Positions 50,920-61,758 of a DNA stretch of 64,000 bases are shown piece by piece. How positions within the stretch are numbered: the first letter of the stretch is position 1; every line of letters begins with the position of its first letter. Position numbers and translations under genes: made by a program. The notes beneath the pieces were generated by a model. That model had not been told where the DNA came from. It was given only the letters and a program-made list of their open reading frames with translations, and did not search any database. The stretch is from contig CAVQQD010000002.1 in assembly GCA_963714975.1 (NCBI GenBank), positions 448,001-512,000 on the forward strand, given 5' to 3'. The stretch is from an uncultured Gammaproteobacteria bacterium (GTDB lineage: Bacteria; Pseudomonadota; Gammaproteobacteria; JAURND01).

Positions 50920-53340
50920 ATGGAAACAGAGAACGCAATAATAAGTTCAGAAATCCTTTCTGCACATACCCCAGTGATGCAGCAATACTTGCGTCTGAAA
51001 GCACAATACCCAGATATGTTGCTTTTTTACCGTATGGGTGATTTTTATGAATTATTTTATGCTGATGCAGAAAAAGCCGCACAGTTACTTAATATTACTT
51101 TGACCTCCCGGGGTCAATCTGCTGGCAAGTCAATACCGATGGCTGGGGTACCCTATCATGCTCTGGAAAGCTATCTAGCGAAACTTGTTCAGTTAGGGGA
51201 ATCCGTTGCCTTGTGTGAACAAATAGGTGATCCAGCTGCGAGCAAAGGTCCAGTAGAGCGGCAAGTAACGCGAATCATCACGCCAGGAACGGTCAGTGAT
51301 GAAGCGCTTTTGGATGAACGAAATGATAATCTGCTGCTAGCTCTTTGCCATGAACGAAATTGTTTTGGCATGGCTTACTTGGATATTACCAGTGGTCGTT
51401 TTGCTATTCTTGAGGTTCAGGGGGAAGATGCCTTGCTAGCTGAGCTAGAGCGCTTACAACCGGCTGAAGTTTTGTTCAGTGAAGATCTCTCCCTGACCTT
51501 ACACCTGCCAGAACGCCGACTACGCCGTCGCCCTCCCTGGGAATTTGACTTAGATACTGCAGTGCGTTTATTGATCCAGCAATTCCAAACTCAAGATTTA
51601 AGTGCTTATGGCTGCGAACATTGCACTTTGGCCCTCTGCGCAGCGGGAGGGCTACTCCATTATGTCCAATATACTCAACGCGCTGCTTTACCACATATTG
51701 TAGGTTTGACCGTGGAGCATCGTGAAGAAACCTTGATACTGGATGCAAGCGCCCAGAAAAATTTGGAATTAGTAACCAACTTGGTCGGAGGTAAGGAACA
51801 TACCTTGATTGAAATTCTCGATAACACTGTGACGTCCATGGGCAGTCGTTTATTAAGGCGCTGGTTAATTCGCCCATTACGAGATCCGCAAGTTTTACTG
51901 GCTCGGCAAGGCGCCATTGCTGAATTGCAAAACGAAGCCCGAAATCATGCATTATTCACTATACTGCGTGGTATCGGAGATATGGAACGTATTTTGGCTC
52001 GTATTGCCTTAAAATCAGCCCGTCCTCGTGATTTGCTACAATTTCGTGAAGCGCTACGACGCTTACCTGAAGTACGGCATAGCTTGAAAAGCTGTGGTCA
52101 ACCGCGCCTACAAGTATTAGCCAATCAATTAGGTGAATATCCTCAATTATTCATGTTGTTGCAACAAGCTCTGGTCGACAATCCGCCTGCTTTGCTGCGC
52201 GAGGGTGGGGTGATAGCCGCAGGTTATGATGCTGAATTAGATGAATATCGGCAGCTCAGTGAACACAGCGACCAGTTTTTATTAGACTTAGAACAAAGAG
52301 AACGGCAACGAACCGGCATTACCCATTTAAAAGTAGGGTATAACCGCATCCATGGATTTTTTATTGAAATTAGTCGTGGCCAATCCTCTTTGGCCCCTGC
52401 GGATTATATTCGTCGTCAAACTTTAAAGAATGCTGAGCGCTATGTCACCCCGGAATTAAAACAATTTGAGGATAAGGTGTTAAGCAGTAAAGCCCGCGCC
52501 TTAGCTCGGGAAAAATGTCTTTATGAAGCATTGCTCGAGACATTGATCCAATCCTTAGCTTCATTCCGACAAACCGCAGAAAGTCTCGCTGAATTGGATG
52601 TGTTAAATAATTTAGCGGAGCGGGCTAACCAGTTAAATTTGGTGGCACCAGAATTTTCGTCAACTCCGGGAATCCATATCGAAAGTGGCCGGCATTTAGT
52701 GGTGGAACAAGTCACAGAAACTCCCTTTGTGCCCAATGATACCGAGCTTCAGGCTCAGCGCCGAATGCTGATTATTACTGGTCCTAATATGGGGGGGAAG
52801 TCCACCTATATGCGACAGACAGCTTTGATTGTATTATTGGCTTATGTGGGTAGTTTTGTGCCAGCCAAGCGAGTGGTGGTGGGTCCTGTGGATCGAATTT
52901 TTACTCGGATTGGGGCGAGCGATGATCTTGCCAGTGGTCGTTCCACTTTTATGTTAGAGATGACGGAGACGGCGACGATTTTGCACAATGCAACGGCACA
53001 AAGTTTGGTGTTGATGGACGAAGTAGGGCGCGGGACTAGCACCTTTGATGGTTTGGCGCTAGCCTTTGCTTGTGCGGATTATTTAGCACGTGAAATTCGG
53101 GCTTTGACCTTATTTGCAACGCATTATTTTGAATTAACGCAATTACCCGAACAATGTTCTGAGATAGCCAATGTTCATCTCCAGGCGATTGAGTATCACG
53201 ATAAAATCGTATTTTTACATACGGTCAATGAAGGAGCTGCTAGTCAAAGTTATGGACTCCAAGTGGCGCAATTAGCGGGTATTCCGCCTAAGGTTATTGC
53301 AAAAGCTAAAGAAAAATTACTTGCTTTGGAAGGTGGGTAG
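50920..53340 (+). CDS. mutS: DNA mismatch repair protein MutS (short C-terminus)
   Basis: [44 protein letters not shown]. Confidence 0.97.
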   Translation: METENAIISSEILSAHTPVMQQYLRLKAQYPDMLLFYRMGDFYELFYADAEKAAQLLNITLTSRGQSAGKSIPMAGVPYHALESYLAKLVQLGESVALCEQIGDPAASKGPVERQVTRIITPGTVSDEALLDERNDNLLLALCHERNCFGMAYLDITSGRFAILEVQGEDALLAELERLQPAEVLFSEDLSLTLHLPERRLRRRPPWEFDLDTAVRLLIQQFQTQDLSAYGCEHCTLALCAAGGLLHYVQYTQRAALPHIVGLTVEHREETLILDASAQKNLELVTNLVGGKEHTLIEILDNTVTSMGSRLLRRWLIRPLRDPQVLLARQGAIAELQNEARNHALFTILRGIGDMERILARIALKSARPRDLLQFREALRRLPEVRHSLKSCGQPRLQVLANQLGEYPQLFMLLQQALVDNPPALLREGGVIAAGYDAELDEYRQLSEHSDQFLLDLEQRERQRTGITHLKVGYNRIHGFFIEISRGQSSLAPADYIRRQTLKNAERYVTPELKQFEDKVLSSKARALAREKCLYEALLETLIQSLASFRQTAESLAELDVLNNLAERANQLNLVAPEFSSTPGIHIESGRHLVVEQVTETPFVPNDTELQAQRRMLIITGPNMGGKSTYMRQTALIVLLAYVGSFVPAKRVVVGPVDRIFTRIGASDDLASGRSTFMLEMTETATILHNATAQSLVLMDEVGRGTSTFDGLALAFACADYLAREIRALTLFATHYFELTQLPEQCSEIANVHLQAIEYHDKIVFLHTVNEGAASQSYGLQVAQLAGIPPKVIAKAKEKLLALEGG

Positions 53341-53348
53341 GTAGGATT

Positions 53349-55301
53349 ATGATCTGGAACAAAATTCGCAATTTTTTTATTGGATTGCCACTCAATCCGT
53401 TTGACAAAACTACGCGCAAAAATATTGCGCTTGTCGCCTTTTTAGCCTGGATTGGATTGGGGGCTGATGGTCTTTCTTCGACTTCCTATGGTCCTGAGCA
53501 AGCTTTTTTGGCATTGGGATCTCACTACCACTTAGCACTTTATTTAGCCATTTTAGTGGCAATCACCGTGTTCATTATTTCTCTTGCTTATAATCAGGTC
53601 ATTGAACTTTTTCCAACCGGGGGAGGCGGATACAAGGTAGCCAGCAAACTAATTGGCAGACATGCGGGGGCTATTTCTGGTTCGGCCTTAATTGTGGATT
53701 ATGTGTTAACCATCGCTATTTCTATTGCGAGTGGGGTGGATGCCGTATTTAGCTTATTACCTGTAGCCGGACAAGACTACAAATTATATATCGAAGTGAT
53801 TGCTTTAGTGATTTTGATCATATTGAATCTTCGTGGGATGAAAGAATCTATTAAAATCCTAATGCCGATTTTTTTAGGGTTTATTCTTACCCATGCCGCG
53901 CTTATTTTTTATGGAATTACTTTACATGGTGCAAATTTATCCCATATGGTCCATGCCACTGTGGACGACACGCGCGAATTTATTACTCATAGCGGTTGGT
54001 TTGTCGTTTTGGCTTTGTTTTTACGTGCTTATTCATTGGGAGGCGGAACCTATACTGGGATAGAAGCCGTTTCAAATAATATTAATCATTTGGCTGAACC
54101 CCGGGTAAAGACGGGGAAATGGACCATGTTTTATATGGCTGTTTCTTTAAGTTTCACGGCGGGTGGAATTATCCTGCTTTATTTATTATGGGACGTAAAA
54201 CCGGTCAATGGTGAGACGTTAAATGCCGTAGTATTTCGCTCAGTTTTAGGTGATCTTCCTTTTAGTGGAATTATTTTAGTGATTGTCTTGTTTTTTGAAG
54301 CAGGACTATTATTTGTGGCCGCCAATACCGGATTTTTAGGGGGGCCTGCAGTCTTGGCAAACATGTCGATTGATGCTTGGATTCCAAAACAATTCCGCAG
54401 CTTGTCCACTCGTTTAGTTACACAAAATGGGATTTTAGTTTTTGGCTTGCTGGCTATTTTGATTTTATTGGGTACGGGTGGTGAAGTGTCGATGCTGGTC
54501 GTGCTTTATAGCATGAATGTGTTTTTAACTTTTTCATTATCTTTATTAGGGCTCTGTATTTATTGGTGGCGACATAAGCAGTGGACCTGGAATTGGCTTT
54601 TCCGCATGGCGCTCTCTGGTATTGGTTTGCTGGTATGCGTTAGTATTTTATTAGTCACGTTGTTGGAAAAATTTACGGTAGGTGGTTGGCTAACCGTGCT
54701 AATTACTAGTAGCGTGGTAATATTTTGTTTAATCGTCAATAGACATTATGAGGCTATCAATAAGCAACTAAAATATCTGGACAAGGTGATGACCTTGCCA
54801 TTAACTGGCTTCATTCCTAATGTCCCAAAACTAGATCCCCAGCTGCCTAGCGCGGTATTTTTAATTGGTAATAGCATTGGCGAAGGAATGCATACTTTAT
54901 TATGGGTCCAGCGAACTTTCCCCAAGCATTTTAAAAATTTCGTTTTTTTAAGTGTGGGTGTTGTTGATGTTGGCAGTTATGGTAGTGACAAGGCTTTGGA
55001 GAGATTGCGCGAACAAATTCAAGCAAGGATGAAGTATTTTATCGAATTTTCGCACGAGCATGGTTTTGCTGCGACATCGGTGGTGGATTACAGTAACGAT
55101 TTGGTGTCTGGCATCGTTAAATTAGCGGAACAAGTTAGCCAGCAATATTCGAATTGCGTATTTTTTGCCGCTTCATTGATTTCGAAAAAAGATAATTGGT
55201 TCCATCGACGTTTACATGGTGATATTTCTATCAACTTACAACGCCATTTAAATTTGCGGGGGTTACAATTGGTTGTGATGCCTGTTAAACTTGAGCGGTG
55301 A
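53349..55301 (+). CDS. APC-superfamily permease (KimA/YdaO-like)
   Basis: ADGLSSTSYGPE, GGGGY, DYVLTIA, NLRG, TGIEAVSN; ~12 TMs plus cytoplasmic C-terminal domain. Confidence 0.85.
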   Translation: MIWNKIRNFFIGLPLNPFDKTTRKNIALVAFLAWIGLGADGLSSTSYGPEQAFLALGSHYHLALYLAILVAITVFIISLAYNQVIELFPTGGGGYKVASKLIGRHAGAISGSALIVDYVLTIAISIASGVDAVFSLLPVAGQDYKLYIEVIALVILIILNLRGMKESIKILMPIFLGFILTHAALIFYGITLHGANLSHMVHATVDDTREFITHSGWFVVLALFLRAYSLGGGTYTGIEAVSNNINHLAEPRVKTGKWTMFYMAVSLSFTAGGIILLYLLWDVKPVNGETLNAVVFRSVLGDLPFSGIILVIVLFFEAGLLFVAANTGFLGGPAVLANMSIDAWIPKQFRSLSTRLVTQNGILVFGLLAILILLGTGGEVSMLVVLYSMNVFLTFSLSLLGLCIYWWRHKQWTWNWLFRMALSGIGLLVCVSILLVTLLEKFTVGGWLTVLITSSVVIFCLIVNRHYEAINKQLKYLDKVMTLPLTGFIPNVPKLDPQLPSAVFLIGNSIGEGMHTLLWVQRTFPKHFKNFVFLSVGVVDVGSYGSDKALERLREQIQARMKYFIEFSHEHGFAATSVVDYSNDLVSGIVKLAEQVSQQYSNCVFFAASLISKKDNWFHRRLHGDISINLQRHLNLRGLQLVVMPVKLER

Positions 55302-55312
55302 GGATTTAAACT

Positions 55313-55795
55313 ATGCCATCATTTGATATTGTTAGCAAAGTTGACCTGCATGAAGTCACAAATGCAGTCGATCAGGCCAATCGTGAGGTAGGTACGCGCT
55401 TTGATTTTAAAGGCAGTAATGCTCGTTTTGAGTGGCTGGAGAATAAAATTAACTTACTCGCTGAAACGGATTTTCAATTAAAGCAGATGATTGAAGTTTT
55501 ACTGGGAAAATTAGCGAAGCGTGGCATTGATGTGCAATGTCTTGACTATAAAGAGCCAGAAATTAGCCATCGTCAAGCCAAGCAAGAAATAGAGCTAAAA
55601 CAGGGAATTGCAACGGAAACAGCAAGAAAAATTGTGAAATTCATTAAAGATCATAAATTAAAAGTACAAGCTGCAATTCAAGGTGATCAAGTTCGTGTGA
55701 CTGGTAAAAAACGTGATGATTTACAAACGGTGATTGCAGTTTTACGCAAAGAAAATTTTGGGTTGCCCTTGCAGTTTGAGAATTTTAGGGAATAA
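55313..55795 (+). CDS. yajQ: YajQ family nucleotide/c-di-GMP-binding protein
   Basis: MPSFDIVS, RFDFKGS, VRVTGKKRDDLQ, LQFENFRE. Confidence 0.95.
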   Translation: MPSFDIVSKVDLHEVTNAVDQANREVGTRFDFKGSNARFEWLENKINLLAETDFQLKQMIEVLLGKLAKRGIDVQCLDYKEPEISHRQAKQEIELKQGIATETARKIVKFIKDHKLKVQAAIQGDQVRVTGKKRDDLQTVIAVLRKENFGLPLQFENFRE

Positions 55796-55800
55796 TCCTT

Positions 55801-56601
55801 ATGCCCCCCTTACCTAGCTTTAATACTTTAATTCTGGAGACTATCCAGCCTTATTTGTTAAAAATAACTCTAAATCGTCCCCAAGTTTTGAATGCGCTTA
55901 ATGCAGAAATGATGGAAGATCTACGCCAATTATGGGCTTGGCTTTATGCTAATGCAGACCCATTTCGTTGTATCATTCTCACGGGAGCAGGTGAAAAAGC
56001 CTTTTGTGCAGGAGCAGATCTTAAAGAGCGCTATCAGCTTGATATGCGTACTTGGCAACAACAACATGCCCGTTTGCAGCAAGCGATGTTGGGGATGATG
56101 GATTGTCCCTTACCGATTATTGCTGCTGTCAATGGGGTGGCTTTTGGCGGGGGTTTAGAATTATCTTTAGGCAGTGATTTTGCGTATGCATCCGATTTAG
56201 CTATTTTTGCCCTACCAGAAACGAAGTTAGGAATTATGCCTGGCGCGATGGGTACCCAAAATTTGCCGCGAGCTTGTGGTTTGCGTCGCGCAAAAGAATT
56301 GTGTTTTACTTCTGAACGTTTTTCAGCGCAACAAGCTTTTGAATGGGGCATTGTCAACCAAGTTTTGAAGCCACAGGAGTTAATGCCAGCCGTGGTTGCA
56401 GTGGCAGAAAAGATTGCTAACAATGCTCCCTTAGCAGTCAGGCAGGTAAAAAAAGCCTTAAGCATGTCGCTGCAGACTGATTGGAAATCAGGCTATACTT
56501 TTGAAGTGCAAGCCTATAATTATCTGTTAACCACCCGTGATCGAGAAGAAGGAATTAACGCGTTTAATCAAAAACGTGCTCCTGTTTTCCAAGGTGAGTA
56601 G
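55801..56601 (+). CDS. Enoyl-CoA hydratase/isomerase
   Basis: LNRP, AFCAGADLKE, AVNGVAFGGGLEL, PETKLG, EGINAF. Confidence 0.92.
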   Translation: MPPLPSFNTLILETIQPYLLKITLNRPQVLNALNAEMMEDLRQLWAWLYANADPFRCIILTGAGEKAFCAGADLKERYQLDMRTWQQQHARLQQAMLGMMDCPLPIIAAVNGVAFGGGLELSLGSDFAYASDLAIFALPETKLGIMPGAMGTQNLPRACGLRRAKELCFTSERFSAQQAFEWGIVNQVLKPQELMPAVVAVAEKIANNAPLAVRQVKKALSMSLQTDWKSGYTFEVQAYNYLLTTRDREEGINAFNQKRAPVFQGE

Positions 56602-56603
56602 GT

Positions 56604-57482
56604 ATGAGTGTAATTAATTGTGACGAAATTGATGATTGGAATGTAGAGCGTCCTGCATCACTGAAAACCTACCTGATTAATTCGCTTGAATCAGGCGCAT
56701 TGCTTTTTTTGCCTAGACTTGCTTTTTTATTAAAGGATGAAGAACGAAAATTTTTGTCGCCGCAGTTTGTGCAGAAAAAAGTAAAAAATATTAGCTTTAA
56801 TCCTGCTTTGCAGTCGCTCAAGGGAGTTGTTGGTTCTGCTACAGAATGCCAACAAATCCAAGCAATGTTGGCACGTTTTTCGCAGCAATCGCAACTCATT
56901 ATCCAGATTTTATTTCCCCATTATGCCAATGCGTTACAAATGGGGCGTACTAGTTTTCGTCCTTGTGAAGTGAGCAAGCGACGACTTTCCTATCGTAAAG
57001 ATGACCGCCTCTTACATGTCGATGCATTTCCTAGTTCTCCCAATCACGGCCAACGATTATTGCGCGTATTTAGTAATGTAAATCCGCATGGCCAGGATCG
57101 AGTGTGGCGTATAGGCGAGCCGTTTGCATCCGTTGCACAACGCTTTCTGCCCTTGATTCCCAGGCCTTGGCCGGGAAGTAGTCAATTACTACGTTGGCTG
57201 AAGATTGCTAAAACTTTAAGAACTGAATATGATCATCTTATGTTGCAAATACATGATCGAATGAAGGCAGATGCCTTTTATCAACAAAATGTTGATCAAA
57301 TCCAATTACGCTTACCTCCTGGAACTAGCTGGATTGTACAAACTGACCATGTTTCTCATGCGGCGATGAGTGGCCAATATATGTTTGAACAGACATTTTA
57401 TTTGCCTGCCCAAGCAATGTTGGATCCAGGGAAATCACCGTTGAAAATTTTAGAAGGGATGTTGAGCAGGAATTTGGTTTAG
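56604..57482 (+). CDS. Kdo hydroxylase family (KdoO-like dioxygenase)
   Basis: KNISF, TSFRP, RKDDRLLHVDAFPS, RLLRVFSNVNP, YDHLMLQIHDRMK, HAAMSGQY. Confidence 0.82.
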   Translation: MSVINCDEIDDWNVERPASLKTYLINSLESGALLFLPRLAFLLKDEERKFLSPQFVQKKVKNISFNPALQSLKGVVGSATECQQIQAMLARFSQQSQLIIQILFPHYANALQMGRTSFRPCEVSKRRLSYRKDDRLLHVDAFPSSPNHGQRLLRVFSNVNPHGQDRVWRIGEPFASVAQRFLPLIPRPWPGSSQLLRWLKIAKTLRTEYDHLMLQIHDRMKADAFYQQNVDQIQLRLPPGTSWIVQTDHVSHAAMSGQYMFEQTFYLPAQAMLDPGKSPLKILEGMLSRNLV

Positions 57483-57701
57483 TGGAGAAAATAATCCCTA
57501 TCTTTAACACCGCAATTCATCCAGGTTAATGTCATCCAGCCCAGAGGGCTCCCGGCACCTTCTCCCACAAGGGGAGAAGGATATATGTACCCACTCAAAT
57601 CTTCATAGAGCCAATATTTGATTTTAGGAAGTGAAGTGCTGATACTACTATTCGTCGCTATCTTGATATTTTGTATGGAACCTGTGGGCAAGAGCATATT
57701 T

Positions 57702-58634
57702 TCATAAATCTTTTGCGACACTTGCCATTTGCTGCTGTGATCTGATGGTCGCAATTACTCCGGAAATGAGCAACAAAATAGCAATAAATTCATTCAGATA
57801 AGGCAAACGGTGTTGAAAAATAAAGCTGTAAATTAATCCGAATACAGTTTCCGACACGATGAGCGTACCGTAAATGGACGGCGGAGTATTTCTGCAACAA
57901 TAGGCCCAGAAGAAATTAGCTATCCAGGAAGCGCCAATGCCCATAATACCACCCCACACTATCAGTTGAGGAAATTGTGGGTGAGTAATCATCGGTTGTA
58001 TATCATGAGTCAGTAGAAAAATAGGTAGCATAAAAACCAAACTTATAATACCCATAAGGGACGTGTAATCCAACGAGCTCATCTGCATATGTTTTAGAAT
58101 AAAACGGGAATTGGTAATCGCATACCAGGTCCACATGATTAATGCACAGAATAATAAAACAATGCCTGACAAATGGACATTGCGCAGTGAGGATCCTATC
58201 GTATCCTGCAGCAGAGGCGCGACCAATAACACGATGATTCCTGCCAGAATCAATGTTAAACCAAATACTAATTTATAATTAAATGTCGGTTTGCTGCATA
58301 GTGTGATCGTTAACGGTAATGTACCTATAATCAAAGCTGAGATCACACCATTAGTCAGCTTTACGCCAAAAAATAAGATAATCGTATATAACCAGAATCC
58401 AGTGGCACAAACCAAAATGGCCTGTAGAAAATCATTAAAAGTAAATTTTCTCAATAGCAGTATCAGTCTAGGCAAGAATATAAAACTGATCATTCCAAAA
58501 AATAAAAAACGTGAAAACGCGATTTCAATTGAGGAATACCCACTAAGAATTAAAGGCGCAAGAAAAGGTGTACCCCAAAAAGCACCGGATAAAATACCTG
58601 CGGTTATTGCTTTAGTTTGCAATTTTGACATCAA
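57702..58634 (-). CDS. DMT/EamA-family transporter
   Basis: About 10 TM helices in two EamA repeats; divergent from an AraC regulator. Confidence 0.85.
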   Translation of the reverse strand: MMSKLQTKAITAGILSGAFWGTPFLAPLILSGYSSIEIAFSRFLFFGMISFIFLPRLILLLRKFTFNDFLQAILVCATGFWLYTIILFFGVKLTNGVISALIIGTLPLTITLCSKPTFNYKLVFGLTLILAGIIVLLVAPLLQDTIGSSLRNVHLSGIVLLFCALIMWTWYAITNSRFILKHMQMSSLDYTSLMGIISLVFMLPIFLLTHDIQPMITHPQFPQLIVWGGIMGIGASWIANFFWAYCCRNTPPSIYGTLIVSETVFGLIYSFIFQHRLPYLNEFIAILLLISGVIATIRSQQQMASVAKDL

Positions 58635-58862
58635 GGCACCTACTCATTCGAGGATCATTTTTTTGCGATTTCTATTGGATTATATTCTTATTATAAGGGC
58701 CAAATCATAACATGGTTCATCATGTTCATTCAATCATCGCAATTTCCTTCGAGTTATGGGCTATAATCACCATTAACTCCGCAAGAATGATCAAATCTAA
58801 AAGATAAATAACCAGTATAGTGGTCCTTGTTCTTACACAAATAGATTGGAAGCGAAAAATAC

Positions 58863-59711
58863 ATGCGTTATCAGCAACGTTTAACAAAAGTCATTGACTT
58901 TATTGGTAAGCATTTAGACGAAGACATTACTCTTGAGCAATTAAGTGCTGCTTTTTGTGTTTCAAAATTTCACTTTCATCATTTGTTTACGGCACTAACA
59001 GGATTATCCTTACAACAGTATATCCGATGGCTGCGTTTGAAGCGTGCAGCACATCAGTTAATTGTTACCCAGGAACAATCGATCATTAACATTGCAATCA
59101 ATGCAGGGTTTGCTTCTCATGAGGCATTTTCTCGCGCTTTTAAGAAAACTTGTGGATTAACCCCCAGTGAGTTTAGACGGCAGGGCAACTGGTCTTGTTG
59201 GAATACGCCACCGTATTGTTTGCCTAAACAAGGTAAAATTGAAATGAAAGTAGAAATTAAACAAGTTGATAAAATCCGCTTAGCAGTGGTAGAGCATCGA
59301 GGTGATCCTCAATTTGTTGGTAACAGTGTCAACAAATTGATCAATTGGGCAAAAGCGCAAGTGATTAATCTAAAACCTAAGCCTGGTGAAGCGTTTGCAA
59401 TTGCTTATGATGATCCTAAAACCACTCCGCCAGAACAATTTCGGATGGACTTGGGCATAAAAATTCCAGCAAGCCTTAAGTTAAATAATATTGTAATTGA
59501 AAAATACCTACCAGCCGGTCGTTATGCAGTTACCATGCATCAAGGTTCTCGTGACAAGCTAGGTGATACGGTTTATCCCTTATATCGTGAATGGTTGCCA
59601 ACTTCTGGAGAAGAATTAGGCGATCTCCCTTGCATATTTTGTTATTATAATTTTGATTATGAAGTTGCGGAAACAGAAAGCTTAACAGAAGTTTGGCTTC
59701 TACTACGTTGA
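58863..59711 (+). CDS. AraC-family regulator with GyrI-like effector domain
   Basis: SKFHFH...RLKRAA...GFASHEAFSRAFKK; C-terminal AYDDP, GRYA, WLPTSG. Confidence 0.92.
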   Translation: MRYQQRLTKVIDFIGKHLDEDITLEQLSAAFCVSKFHFHHLFTALTGLSLQQYIRWLRLKRAAHQLIVTQEQSIINIAINAGFASHEAFSRAFKKTCGLTPSEFRRQGNWSCWNTPPYCLPKQGKIEMKVEIKQVDKIRLAVVEHRGDPQFVGNSVNKLINWAKAQVINLKPKPGEAFAIAYDDPKTTPPEQFRMDLGIKIPASLKLNNIVIEKYLPAGRYAVTMHQGSRDKLGDTVYPLYREWLPTSGEELGDLPCIFCYYNFDYEVAETESLTEVWLLLR

Positions 59712-59780
59712 CATCCTCTCCGGCATAAATGCCGGAGATTCCATACATGTGGCTGTGCCACGAGTATGAGGTTCTCGTTT

Positions 59781-60953
59781 CTACGCCGCACCCAACGCGC
59801 TTGCTCCACGAGCCATCACAGCATGCCCTGCTGCTAAAATATTTTTCGCCGCGTTCAAGTCAGCATTTGCTGCATATCCGCACGATACACACACAAATTC
59901 ACTTTGGGTCTGACGGTTTTCCTTGGCAACATGCAAACAATGAGAACAACGCTGGCTGGTATAGTGGGGTGATACTTCAATGAACATCCCTCCATTCCAC
60001 GTCAGCTTATATCCCAATTGTCGCCTGAATTCATACCAGCCCTGGTCTAATATCGCCTTGTTTAATCCAGACTTCGCAGCAACATTCACCCCGGGATTTT
60101 GTAAGTCTCCCGATGCGGATCGACTCATATTTTTTACTTGCAAATCTTCCACAACCACTACCGCGTGGCTTTTGCTGATGCGGGTTGTAGTCTTGTGTAA
60201 AAAATCTCGTCTCATGTTCGATGCTTTTTGATGCAGTGCCTCTACTCGAGCCACTTGCTTCTTCCATCGCCCAGAAAATTTTTGCTTCTTCGCTAATTTG
60301 CGCTGCTCTATCCCTAATCTTTTTTCTATCTGCCTAAAACTATTCAAGGATTCTATAGTGTCACCATTGGATAGGGTCGCGAATTTTGCAATGCCTGCGT
60401 CTATACCTACGCTATCGACTGCTGTTGACTGCGAAGAGATGTCTTGTTGTACTTGGATACTGATATACCAATGTTTTCCTTGCCGCGATACCGTTACATT
60501 TCGTATGTCCCCTATGACCTCCTGGCTTCGGTAAAAATGAATCCAACCTAATTTCGGTAATTTCAGACGGTTGCCTTCTAATTCGATTTGCTTCGGCTCC
60601 GGAAATCGAAAACTATCGTGACGACCTTTTTTCTTGAAGCGGGGTAATCGTTTATTTGGCTGCGTTTTGTTAAATGCATCGGAAAATGCTCGATCTAAAT
60701 CACGCAATTTTTGTTGCACGATATGTGCTGGACATTCTTTCAAAAAACCATATTCTGCAGATTGCTTCCATTGCTTCACCCAAAAATCAAATTCTGCATA
60801 GCGCAGAATACGCTCCTGTCGTTGCAAGCGTTCCAAATTCATGCGGCAACATTTATTCCATACAAATCGACAATGTCCTGCATAAGCGGACAGTTGCTGC
60901 TCAATCTCTTGGCTGGGTTTTAAGCGAAAACGATAGGCTTTTTTGATTTTCAT
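59781..60953 (-). CDS. tnpB: RNA-guided endonuclease TnpB
   Basis: N-terminal AYRFRLKP HTH, GIDAG (RuvC-I), VVEDL (RuvC-II), CSHC/CVSC zinc ribbon, NADLNAAKNI (RuvC-III). Confidence 0.95.
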   Translation of the reverse strand: MKIKKAYRFRLKPSQEIEQQLSAYAGHCRFVWNKCCRMNLERLQRQERILRYAEFDFWVKQWKQSAEYGFLKECPAHIVQQKLRDLDRAFSDAFNKTQPNKRLPRFKKKGRHDSFRFPEPKQIELEGNRLKLPKLGWIHFYRSQEVIGDIRNVTVSRQGKHWYISIQVQQDISSQSTAVDSVGIDAGIAKFATLSNGDTIESLNSFRQIEKRLGIEQRKLAKKQKFSGRWKKQVARVEALHQKASNMRRDFLHKTTTRISKSHAVVVVEDLQVKNMSRSASGDLQNPGVNVAAKSGLNKAILDQGWYEFRRQLGYKLTWNGGMFIEVSPHYTSQRCSHCLHVAKENRQTQSEFVCVSCGYAANADLNAAKNILAAGHAVMARGASALGAA

Positions 60954-60979
60954 AGTACCAATGAATATACTATTGGTCT

Positions 60980-61393
60980 ATGAATAGTTCAATGGACATC
61001 CGACACGGCAGACATTGTGTTTTTAATTTACATGCTCACTTGGTATTTGTGACAAAGTATCGCAAATGTGTTTTTACAAAACCCATGCTAGAGCTCTTGA
61101 GTGAAGTATTTTATAGTGCCTGCGAAGACTTTGACGCAACATTGGTCGAAATGGAAGGAGAGCGTGACCATGTGCACTTATTGGTTAATTAGCCACCCAA
61201 AATATCGTTGTCACGGTTAGTCAATAGCCTCAAAGGCGTTTCTTCTCGTCGCCTTCGCCAAGCACACTCTCAAAATCTGCAGTGTTATTGGAAAGGAGTA
61301 CTGTGGTCTCCCAGTTACTTTGTTGCTTCCTGTGGAGGAGCGCCCATCTCTGTCATTCGACACTATATTGAGCAACAGAACTCTCCCCACTAA
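60980..61393 (+). pseudogene. tnpA: IS200-type Y1 transposase TnpA with in-frame nonsense codon
   Basis: HLVFVTKYR, DHVHLL, then TAG (61190-61192) at the usual VNYPPK position; LKGVSSR, LWSPSYF, YIEQQ continue in the same frame. Confidence 0.88.
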
Positions 61394-61758
61394 GCGCTCA
61401 CTTCGCTTCGCGGTTGTGCGCCTTATATCCTCGTCATGAATGACGGGGTTTTACGGCGCCAGGAGGATAAACTTGCAGGAATTGTGGAGGAAAGGACATT
61501 TTCATAAATCTTTTGCTACACTTGTTAATTTTTCCTTAAGCTTGTAGACTGTCGCCGTGGTTGGGCAGTGTCGCAAGTGCGGCAGACCAATTCACTGTTA
61601 TTCTGAGCGAACCGAAGGACCTCCTTCGTAAGTGGCACCATATAGCAGGGATGTTTTCTATAAAAGAAAATTTTGGATTGCCCTTGCAGTTTGAGAATTT
61701 TCGGAAATAATCTCCTCTTTTGTTGATGGGAGAAAGTTAGGGAGAGGGGGTATTAATT

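Larger units (their letters stand above)
59708..61466 (-). mobile_element. IS200/IS605-family element with divergent tnpA and tnpB
   Basis: Right-end hairpin ctccggcataaatgccggag ending TCAA on the minus strand; left-end hairpin cctcgtcatgaatgacgggg preceded by TTTAT on the minus strand; no TSD. Confidence 0.88.

Noticed and set aside
53300-53349. c-di-AMP (ydaO) riboswitch upstream of the KimA-like permease
   Set aside because: Only 8 bp separate it from mutS, leaving no room for an aptamer.
57479-57754. 91-aa minus-strand ORF
   Set aside because: Composed partly of a REP and a duplicated gene-end scar and overlaps the DMT gene; likely spurious.
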